A program made the position numbers and the translations under genes. Positions 56,221-64,000 of a stretch of 64,000 nucleotides of DNA are shown here, one piece after another (the first letter of the stretch is position 1; each line of letters starts with the position of its first letter). The notes under the pieces were generated by a model, which had not been told where the DNA came from, did no database searches, and was given only the letters and a program-made list of their open reading frames with translations. The stretch is taken from the NCBI GenBank assembly GCA_024690505.1, contig JAILPA010000026.1, positions 8,036 to 72,035 of the forward strand. Reading direction: 5' to 3'. This stretch comes from Prevotella sp. (GTDB lineage Bacteria; Bacteroidota; Bacteroidia; Bacteroidales; Bacteroidaceae).

Positions 56221-58461
56221 TTATTTAATAATGACCTTACGGCCGTTCAAGATATAGATACCCTTTGTGGGATGTTCTACAGGTTGTCCCTGCAGGTTGT
56301 AATAACGGTCGGTGTCGGCTGTTTTGCGGATAATGTCGCTGATGCCCGATGGCGGCAACTCGGCTATCTTGAAGCGTGTCTGGTCGAGGTAGTTCATGCG
56401 TCGGGTTATCCAGTCCTCGATGTAGCTCAGTTCGGTGTCGAAATTCAGCGACAGACGGTTGATGTCGGTGTCGCCGTTCCACTTGGCATATTCGCGCTTG
56501 TCAGCACCACAGGTCTTGAACTCGGCCAAATATGTGCGGAAACGGTTCAGTATGCGTTCAGTGTCTAGATACCCCTGGCGGAGGTCGCGGTAGCGCAGGC
56601 GCACCTGCATGTTGAAGCCGTCGGCATCGGTGAGGCGCAGACGGCGGAAGAGGTTGTAGTCGCCGTGCTCATTGTTAATAATATATTGGCTGTAGTCTTG
56701 TTCGGGCTTCATGCCGCTCCAGTGGTAGTAGGAGTCGCTCCAGCGCTGGCCGCAGGTGGCGTCCATATCCCATACGGCAAAAGTCACACGTCTGTCTTGT
56801 TGCTTGTCGTACACGGCGAAGTACATGTTCTTACCGTGGTTGTCGGTAGAGAGGATGGTCTCCAACAGGATATAATAGTCGATGAGCAGGGGCATGTCGA
56901 AGACTTCGGCAGCATGGGCCTTGAAGTTCGCATCGGTAGAAGTACAAACGAAGTTCACGGCATTGTAGAGCGTCTGCCAGTCGGTGGGGGTCACGTCTTC
57001 GATGTCGGGATATTTGACATAGTACTGATCCCACGACTCAGAACGGTTGTTGAAGCTTGTAGGTGCTGTGCCAGGGTAATTGTTGTTGTCGCGGTTGTGG
57101 CCCATGAACACAGAATAGCTCCAGTCTTTCGACTTCCATAGCTGACCGTGAAAGGTGCCGGTCGTCTCGTCGTACTTCTTTAGCTTCATCTGTTTGCGGT
57201 CGATGGCCTCGGTCATGCAGTAGATCCCTCGGTATTCGTCGTTCAGGATAAGCTCTACGAAGTGCCCGCGAGTACCTGTCATGGCCTTTGGCTCCTGGTC
57301 GGCGTAGTAGGGTGGGGTGGAATAGTCGTTCCACAGGTCGGTGAGCACACGGTTGCGGATGCGGCTCATGTCGACCTGGCACGACTCCAGAATCCACGAG
57401 TTGTCTGAACGCAGACCAAAGAACTTGCGTTCCAACTTCTCGCCGTCGGTATCGAGAAGCTTCACGTGGTAGTTACGCTTGTGCTTGTCGCTTTGGTTGG
57501 TAATGCCGCCACGCCATTTCGCTTTCATTCGCAGAAGCTCGGGAGCACCCTTGTCGGGCTCGTACACCAGAATGCTACCTTCGGTGTAGTCGTTGCTGAA
57601 CGTGCCGTAGATTTTTACCACGGGCAACGACGTGAAGGTCATGTTGCTTGTCACGGTGGTACCATCTGCCAGTTTTATGCTTAGCGTGTAGTTCTTACTG
57701 CCGGTCAAACTGGAGAATGTGTAGGAGCTACCGCTTTCTACGGGCGTTCCGTTGATGCTTAGCGTGCTACAGCCTTCGCCCTGTTCATAACGGATGGAGG
57801 CTGTATAGTCGGTGCCGAAGCAGTCGAGGGGTATCGTACAGAGGTAAATCTTTGTCGATGATGAATAGGCTGGCTGTTGCCCATCAATGGTCAGGCCTAT
57901 AGCACCTTTGCCTATGGGGTCGGTTGCAGCTTGTTCTTCCTTGACTTGCTGGCCATTTACATCGTAGAAGGTGAATAGCTGATTCTGGTTACCGTTGCCA
58001 CTGTTCGAGTATGTGCCTACCATATAGCTGTCAACTCGTACGTCCCAGATATGGTCGGTCTGCTGGGCATTGCGGATGGTGTAGTAACCGTCGCCCTGAG
58101 GGTTGATGCTCCATAATGAGGCAAGGCTCTGCTGTGCTGCGGTCATGCTGACATAGCGGCGGTAGGTGTCGCGCACGCCGTCGTAGGTGACAAACTGGCC
58201 TGTCTTGACGTTCTTGATTGAGAAGAGTCCATCCTGCTCCTCGGTCAGAAACCAGTAGGTCTCGTCGGTCGTTTTGCTGGTAGTCTGGTAAAACAGTGGC
58301 GTTTGTTGTCCGGCCTGCGCACCGTCTACGACGTTGCCTCCAGTAAATTGCTTGCATACGATGTGGTAAGCCGTACCTTTAAGAAAAACGGGCGTGGCCG
58401 CGACGCTCATCGCAGCCACACTCGTTAATAATATTGTGATAGCTCGTAATCCTAAATTCAC
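56221..58461 (-). CDS. CotH-family kinase with N-terminal ricin-B-like lectin domain and T9SS-type C-terminal tail
   Basis: KWRGG...KRNY.VK, W.L...D.SRIRN, YRGIY..TE, DNHGKN, AVWDMD; QxW-like repeats; tail YYNLQGQ...KGIYILNGRKVIIK. Start codon is uncertain (GTG). Confidence 0.8.
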   Translation of the reverse strand: MNLGLRAITILLTSVAAMSVAATPVFLKGTAYHIVCKQFTGGNVVDGAQAGQQTPLFYQTTSKTTDETYWFLTEEQDGLFSIKNVKTGQFVTYDGVRDTYRRYVSMTAAQQSLASLWSINPQGDGYYTIRNAQQTDHIWDVRVDSYMVGTYSNSGNGNQNQLFTFYDVNGQQVKEEQAATDPIGKGAIGLTIDGQQPAYSSSTKIYLCTIPLDCFGTDYTASIRYEQGEGCSTLSINGTPVESGSSYTFSSLTGSKNYTLSIKLADGTTVTSNMTFTSLPVVKIYGTFSNDYTEGSILVYEPDKGAPELLRMKAKWRGGITNQSDKHKRNYHVKLLDTDGEKLERKFFGLRSDNSWILESCQVDMSRIRNRVLTDLWNDYSTPPYYADQEPKAMTGTRGHFVELILNDEYRGIYCMTEAIDRKQMKLKKYDETTGTFHGQLWKSKDWSYSVFMGHNRDNNNYPGTAPTSFNNRSESWDQYYVKYPDIEDVTPTDWQTLYNAVNFVCTSTDANFKAHAAEVFDMPLLIDYYILLETILSTDNHGKNMYFAVYDKQQDRRVTFAVWDMDATCGQRWSDSYYHWSGMKPEQDYSQYIINNEHGDYNLFRRLRLTDADGFNMQVRLRYRDLRQGYLDTERILNRFRTYLAEFKTCGADKREYAKWNGDTDINRLSLNFDTELSYIEDWITRRMNYLDQTRFKIAELPPSGISDIIRKTADTDRYYNLQGQPVEHPTKGIYILNGRKVIIK

Positions 58462-58538
58462 AGTAGTCCGTTTTTTTGTCGGTTTGCTTAGTAGATGGGA
58501 AACGGATGTTGCCAGTTTCTTAGGCGGTATCTTTGAGC

Positions 58539-59819
58539 TTAGTAAGCGAAGAGGGGATACTCTTTCATTTTCTCGTTCACGCGCTGGCGGACTGAGGCAA
58601 TGACTTCCTCGTTGGTGGGGTCGTTCAGCACTTCTTCTATCCAGGCGGCAATCTGAACCATCAAGTCTTCTTTGGCACCACGTGTGGTGATGGCGGGAGT
58701 GCCGAGGCGGATGCCGCTGGTCTGGAAAGCTGAGCGCGAGTCGAACGGAACCATGTTCTTGTTCACAGTAATATCGGCAGCCACCAAGGCGTTCTCGGCA
58801 ACCTTACCCGTCAAGTCAGGATACTTGGAACGCAGGTCAACGAGCATCGAGTGGTTGTCGGTGCCGCCGCTTACGATACCGAAGCCGCGTTTCACCAGCT
58901 CCTCTGCCAATACCTTGGCATTCTTCTGTACTTGTTTGGCCCATTCTTTGAACTCGGGCTGAAGAGCCTCGCCAAAGGCTACAGCCTTGGCAGCGATAAC
59001 GTGCTCCAACGGACCGCCCTGCTGTCCGGGGAAGACAGCGCTGTTGAGCAGGGCCGACATCTTCTTGATTTCGCCCTTTGGGGTCTTTAATCCCCAGGGG
59101 TTGTCGAAGTCTTTGCCCATGAGGATAATACCGCCACGAGGACCGCGCAGGGTCTTATGGGTCGTCGAGGTCACGATGTGGGCCCACTTCACGGGATTCT
59201 CAAGCAGACCGGCAGCAATAAGTCCCGCTGGGTGAGCCATGTCAATCATCAGAAGGGCACCAACCTTGTCGGCTATCTGGCGCATCCGCTTGTAGTCCCA
59301 CTCACGGCTGTAGGCAGAGCCGCCACCAATGATGAGCTTGGGCTTGTGCTCCAGTGCCAACTGCTCCATCTCATCGTAGTCCACGCGGCCAGTCTCCTTG
59401 TTCAGGTTGTATCCCACGGGCTTGTAGAGGATGCCGCTTGTGTTCACCAGAGAACCGTGGCTCAGGTGTCCACCGTGGGCAAGGTTCAGGCCCATGAAGG
59501 TGTCGCCAGGCTGCAGTACGGCTAAGAGTACGGCGGCGTTAGCCTGAGCACCGGAGTGGGGCTGCACGTTGGCATACTCAGCATCGAAGAGCTTGCACAC
59601 ACGTTCGATGGCCAAATTCTCAACCTCGTCCACTACCTGGCAACCGCCGTAGTAACGCTTGCCGGGATAGCCCTCGGCATACTTGTTTGTCAGGTAGCTG
59701 CCCATGGCTTGCATCACCTGGTCGCTAACGAAGTTCTCACTGGCTATCAGCTCAATGCCTTTCAGTTGGCGCTGATGCTCTTTCTCAATCAACTCGAAGA
59801 TTTGGTTGTCTCTTTCCAT
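58539..59819 (-). CDS. glyA: Serine hydroxymethyltransferase
   Basis: Start MERDNQ; [40 protein letters not shown]. Confidence 0.98.
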   Translation of the reverse strand: MERDNQIFELIEKEHQRQLKGIELIASENFVSDQVMQAMGSYLTNKYAEGYPGKRYYGGCQVVDEVENLAIERVCKLFDAEYANVQPHSGAQANAAVLLAVLQPGDTFMGLNLAHGGHLSHGSLVNTSGILYKPVGYNLNKETGRVDYDEMEQLALEHKPKLIIGGGSAYSREWDYKRMRQIADKVGALLMIDMAHPAGLIAAGLLENPVKWAHIVTSTTHKTLRGPRGGIILMGKDFDNPWGLKTPKGEIKKMSALLNSAVFPGQQGGPLEHVIAAKAVAFGEALQPEFKEWAKQVQKNAKVLAEELVKRGFGIVSGGTDNHSMLVDLRSKYPDLTGKVAENALVAADITVNKNMVPFDSRSAFQTSGIRLGTPAITTRGAKEDLMVQIAAWIEEVLNDPTNEEVIASVRQRVNEKMKEYPLFAY

Positions 59820-59856
59820 TTGTGTTCGGTTATGTATAATATGTTGTTGTGATTGC

Positions 59857-60903
59857 TTATTCTTTATGCCCATACAGGCGCATGGCACCCATAAGCTCGG
59901 CATTTTCGGCACGTGTGCCTATAGTGATGCGTAAGCAGTTGTGGCATAGCTGCACACGGGTGCGGTTTCGCACAATGATACCGCGTTCCACCAGGTATTC
60001 GTAAATGCTTTGGGCATCGCTGACATGTGCCAGAAAGAAGTTGGCATTGGTGGGATAGACTTGCTTGCAGACGGGCAGCTGGCGGAATGCCTCCACCATC
60101 CGGTCGCGCTCTTGAAGGATGAACTGTACCCACCGGTCAACCTCAAAGCGGTCGCTTAGGACGCTGATGGCCTTCTCCTGAGTAAGCAGGTTGACATTGT
60201 AGGGATACTTCACTTTATTGAAGATGGCAATGATGTCGGGTGAAGCAAAAGCCATGCCTAAACGAATGGCGGCTGCACCCCACGCTTTGCTGAGGGTGTT
60301 CAGCACTACGAGATTGGGATGGCGCGGCAACTCGAAGCGCAAGGGCCGGAGCTGCGAGAAGTCGCTATAGGCTTCATCTACGACGACGAGCCCTTCAAAA
60401 ATGTCTATGACTTTCAGCACTTCTTCCCGTTGCATGTCGTTGCCCGTAGGATTATTCGGACTGCAAATCCAAATGACCTTCGTGTTCTGGTCGCTGGCAG
60501 ACAACAATGCATCAGCACTCATTTGGAAATGCTCGTCGAGCAGCACCGGACGATACTCCACATCGTTGATGTCGGCACAGACACGGTACATGCCATAAGT
60601 AGGTTCGATGGCCACGACATTGTCTTTCCTAGGACGGCAGAAGCAACGATACAGCAAGTCGATAGCCTCATCGCTGCCGTTGCCCACGAAGGTGTAGGCG
60701 GCAGGAATGCCCTTTACCTGTTCAATTTTCTCCTTCAGCTTCAGTTGCAAGGGGTCGGGATACCTGTTCAAGGGTGTGTTGAAGGGATTTTCGTTGGCAT
60801 CGAGGAACACACTGGCATCTTTGCCCGAGAATTCGTTGCGGGCGCAACTGTAGGGGGCTAGATCATGAATGTTGGGGCGTGTCAGTTCTTTCAGACTTTT
60901 CAT
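59857..60903 (-). CDS. hisC: Histidinol-phosphate aminotransferase
   Basis: [40 protein letters not shown]. Confidence 0.96.
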   Translation of the reverse strand: MKSLKELTRPNIHDLAPYSCARNEFSGKDASVFLDANENPFNTPLNRYPDPLQLKLKEKIEQVKGIPAAYTFVGNGSDEAIDLLYRCFCRPRKDNVVAIEPTYGMYRVCADINDVEYRPVLLDEHFQMSADALLSASDQNTKVIWICSPNNPTGNDMQREEVLKVIDIFEGLVVVDEAYSDFSQLRPLRFELPRHPNLVVLNTLSKAWGAAAIRLGMAFASPDIIAIFNKVKYPYNVNLLTQEKAISVLSDRFEVDRWVQFILQERDRMVEAFRQLPVCKQVYPTNANFFLAHVSDAQSIYEYLVERGIIVRNRTRVQLCHNCLRITIGTRAENAELMGAMRLYGHKE

Positions 60904-60930
60904 GTGGCGTTCTTATCTTATTATTATATG

Positions 60931-62214
60931 TCAGCCGAGTGACTTCAGTCGAAGGGTCATGGCGTTCTTGTGCGCTCCCAGCTGTTCTGCCTCGGCCATC
61001 AACTCCACAGCAGGACCAATACGGCGGATGCCTTCTGGCGTCAGATTCTGGAACGTAATCTTGCGGCAATAACTATCGAGGTTTACGCCGCTGTAGGCCG
61101 TGGCATACCCGTGAGTGGGCAGGGTGTGGTTTGTTCCGCTGGCATAGTCGCCGGCACTCTCGCACGCATATTGCCCCAGGAACACGCTGCCAGCGTTGAC
61201 CACCTTTGCGGCAAGGCTATCTGTGTCGGAAACTTGAAGGATAAGATGCTCGGGAGCATAGAGGTTCGATAGCCTCATGGCTTCATCGAGGTCGTGTACG
61301 AGTACCATGGTGCTGTTCTCCAAAGCTTTGGCTGCTATCTCGTGGCGGGGAAGATGGGGCAGTTGGGCAGCCACTTGGTTCTGTACTTGGTTCATCAGCT
61401 CTTCGCTGGTGGTGATTAGCAGTACTTGCGAATCAATGCCATGTTCAGCCTGCGATAATAAGTCGGCAGCCACGAAGGCAGCATTTGCCGTAGCATCGGC
61501 CACCACACACACTTCGCTGGGGCCAGCAGGCATGTCGATGGCTGTTTGCCCTAACGAAACTTGCTGCTTGGCAGCCATCACATATTGGTTGCCGGGGCCG
61601 AATATCTTGTAAACCCTAGGCACTGATTCGGTGCCATAGGCCATAGCTCCGATAGCTTGTACGCCTCCAGCCTTGAAAATCCTATTAACACCAGCTATTC
61701 GTGCAGCCACAAGAATAGCTGGATTCACCCGTCCTTCTCGGTCAGGAGGAGTGCAAAGCACAATCTCGCGGCAGCCTGCAATACGTGCGGGGGTGGCAAG
61801 CATCAACACGGTCGAGAACAAGGGTGCGGTGCCACCGGGGATATATAGTCCTACGCGTTCTATAGGCACACTTCGCTGCCAACATGTAACGCCTGGTCGT
61901 GTCTCAACGCGAACCTCCATAAAAGCTTGTGCATGATGGAAAGCCTGAATGTTGTCGTGGGCCAATTGTATGGCGTCTTTCAGCGGCTGGGGTATCAGGC
62001 TCTCTGCTTCGTGCATTTCCGCCTCACTCACTGCCAACGTGTCTAATTGAGCGTGGTCGAAGCGTAGCTCATAGTCCTTCACTGCCGCGTCGCCACGTTG
62101 GCGTACATCGTCGAGCACACTCCTTACCGTTGCCAGCAATTGGGTGGTGTCAATATGGGGACGTTGGCAAATAGCGTCTAATTCGCTTTGCTCGGGGTAG
62201 CGTATCGTCTTCAT
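60931..62214 (-). CDS. hisD: Histidinol dehydrogenase
   Basis: YIPGGTAPL, GPGNQYV, DMPAGPSE, LSQAEH, APEHL, GDYASGTNHTLPT. Confidence 0.97.
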   Translation of the reverse strand: MKTIRYPEQSELDAICQRPHIDTTQLLATVRSVLDDVRQRGDAAVKDYELRFDHAQLDTLAVSEAEMHEAESLIPQPLKDAIQLAHDNIQAFHHAQAFMEVRVETRPGVTCWQRSVPIERVGLYIPGGTAPLFSTVLMLATPARIAGCREIVLCTPPDREGRVNPAILVAARIAGVNRIFKAGGVQAIGAMAYGTESVPRVYKIFGPGNQYVMAAKQQVSLGQTAIDMPAGPSEVCVVADATANAAFVAADLLSQAEHGIDSQVLLITTSEELMNQVQNQVAAQLPHLPRHEIAAKALENSTMVLVHDLDEAMRLSNLYAPEHLILQVSDTDSLAAKVVNAGSVFLGQYACESAGDYASGTNHTLPTHGYATAYSGVNLDSYCRKITFQNLTPEGIRRIGPAVELMAEAEQLGAHKNAMTLRLKSLG

Positions 62215-62231
62215 CTGGATTATCCAAATTA

Positions 62232-63083
62232 TTATAGTATCATCTTCTCAATTGGGGTCACGAGGATTCCCTGGGCACCCAACTCTTTCAGTTGGCCTAT
62301 AATCTCCCAGAAACGCTTCTCGTCGAGCACGGTGTGCACAGAGCACCATTCGCTGTCAGCCAAGGGAATCACGGTGGGACTCTTCAAGCCGGGCAGCACG
62401 TTGATAATCTCCTGCAGACGGGCCTTAGGGGCATTCATGCGCACATATTTCTTGTCTTCAGCCTGACGCACAGCCTCGAAACGAAACAGCATCTCCTTAA
62501 GTACGGCTTGCTTTTCCTCGCTCATGCCGGGATGTCCGATGAGCAGGGCTTCACTTTGCATGACAACGTACACCTCGCGCAGATTGTTGCTCACCAGGGT
62601 CGACCCAGAGCTCACAATGTCAAAGATAGCATCGGCCAGACCAATGCCCGGGCTGATCTCCACACTGCCGGTAATGACGTGAACGTCAGCGTCAATGCCC
62701 TTTCGGCTAAGGAAGTCCTTTAAAATGACAGGGTAGCTCGTGGCAATGGTCTTGCCGTTGAACCATTCAAGACCAGGAAAGTCGATGTCCTTGGGGATGG
62801 CCAACGACAGACGGCAGCGGCTGAATCCCAACCTTGAGATGATTTCAGCCTCTGCTCCACGCTCCAGAAGCTCGTTTTCGCCTACCACGCCAATGTCGGC
62901 CACACCCGATGCCACACTCTGAGGAATGTCGTCATCGCGGAGATAAAGCACCTCCAGCGGAAAATTCTGGGCTGCTACCAGCAGGGTGCGCTTGTTGGAA
63001 CTCACTTTGATGTCAGCCTCGTTCAGAAGATGTATTGTGTCGTCGAAGAGGCGGCCTTTGGATTGAACGGCAATTCTAAGCAT
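62232..63083 (-). CDS. hisG: ATP phosphoribosyltransferase (long form)
   Basis: Start MLRIAVQSKGRL; RDDDIP, GSVEI, DIVSSGSTL. Confidence 0.97.
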   Translation of the reverse strand: MLRIAVQSKGRLFDDTIHLLNEADIKVSSNKRTLLVAAQNFPLEVLYLRDDDIPQSVASGVADIGVVGENELLERGAEAEIISRLGFSRCRLSLAIPKDIDFPGLEWFNGKTIATSYPVILKDFLSRKGIDADVHVITGSVEISPGIGLADAIFDIVSSGSTLVSNNLREVYVVMQSEALLIGHPGMSEEKQAVLKEMLFRFEAVRQAEDKKYVRMNAPKARLQEIINVLPGLKSPTVIPLADSEWCSVHTVLDEKRFWEIIGQLKELGAQGILVTPIEKMIL

Positions 63084-63204
63084 ATTCGTTTCTTGAGGAT
63101 TTGATGATTCTTTGCGACTTTTTATTGAAAAACGATGCAAAAGTAGTTATTTTTTTTCGATTGTGCAATAAAATACTTAATTTTGCAGCGAAATTCATTG
63201 AATA

Positions 63205-64000
63205 TTGGAACGTAACGGTATATTTATCCTCTTTTTCCTTGCTATCGCGGCTTGTACAGCCCGACAACAGGAAAAGCCACTTCTACCTTGGCAGGAGTCA
63301 GAGACTCCGGCCGATTGCTTCGACTTACAGCAGATTGAACAAGCTGGCGAGTTGATTGCACTCACAATCTCCGGCCCTGATACTTATTATGATTATATGG
63401 GGCGCCAATTGGGCGTTCATTATATGTTGGCAAAGCAGTTTGCCGACCATCTCGGTGTTCGTTTGAGGATAGAGCTATGTCGCGATACTGCCGAAGTGTT
63501 CGCACGCCTGCAAACGGGTGATGCCGATTTGGCTTTCCTTCGGCTCGATGCCGACACACTGACTGCAGGGTGGAGAGTTGGAGCGGGAAAGAAAGTTTTG
63601 GCTGCTGCGCTCAATGAATGGTACAATCCGTCAATGATGAGCCAGGCGAAACAAATGGAGCAAGAGTTGCTTAGCCGCAAACGTATTGTTAGTCGCGTGT
63701 CGGCACCCATGCTGTCGCGTGGCGTCATCTCTCACTACGATGGGCTTTTCAAACGCTATAGTCATACCATTGGATGGGACTGGAGACTGATTGCAGCCCA
63801 GTGCTATCAGGAGTCCACGTTCGACCCCGAAGCAGAGTCGTGGGCAGGGGCTAAAGGACTCATGCAAATCATGCCGTCAACGGCCGATCATCTCGGACTC
63901 CCACGTGACCTGATGACCAATCCTGAACGCAATGTCGAGGCCGCTATTAGGTTGCTTGGCGAACTGGAACACAGCTTTAACTACATCCACGACCGGACAG
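63205..64000 (+). CDS. MltF-like lipoprotein: substrate-binding domain + lytic transglycosylase (SLT) domain; runs off the window
   Basis: Translated by hand from TTG: ..ILFFLAIAAC..DLQQIEQAGELIALTISGPDTYYDY..WDWRLIAAQCYQESTFDP..SWAGAKGLMQIMP. Confidence 0.85.
   Translation, partial: MERNGIFILFFLAIAACTARQQEKPLLPWQESETPADCFDLQQIEQAGELIALTISGPDTYYDYMGRQLGVHYMLAKQFADHLGVRLRIELCRDTAEVFARLQTGDADLAFLRLDADTLTAGWRVGAGKKVLAAALNEWYNPSMMSQAKQMEQELLSRKRIVSRVSAPMLSRGVISHYDGLFKRYSHTIGWDWRLIAAQCYQESTFDPEAESWAGAKGLMQIMPSTADHLGLPRDLMTNPERNVEAAIRLLGELEHSFNYIHDRT

Overview
A Bacteroidota chromosomal window, most likely Prevotella/Segatella-like (inferred from TAnnTTTG promoters, SprA, the Bacteroidetes-type RNase P RNA and a Rho with a long N-terminal extension). 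It holds mostly housekeeping genes (ruvA, queC, pyrK/pyrD, rnpB, pheS, menB/C/E, serC, ribD, rho, glyA, hisGDC), scattered pectin/rhamnogalacturonan enzymes and an MBOAT+2xDHHW+SGNH O-acylation cluster. Four non-annotated structures stand out. (1) A ~3.8-kb integrase-less islet (Sel1 protein + WG-repeat lipoprotein + structured leader) is bounded by an exact 40-bp duplication of the rho 3' end. (2) A dispersed MITE-like family has five copies; one copy has 17-bp terminal inverted repeats and a 7-bp target duplication. (3) Free-standing 22-bp-period AAGGACARCTT arrays use the same unit as the MITE core. (4) A hairpin+heptamer 5'-UTR module precedes unrelated genes. No CRISPR, rRNA, tRNA, integrase or transposase was seen. 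Product calls come from motif recognition by eye, not from database searches.
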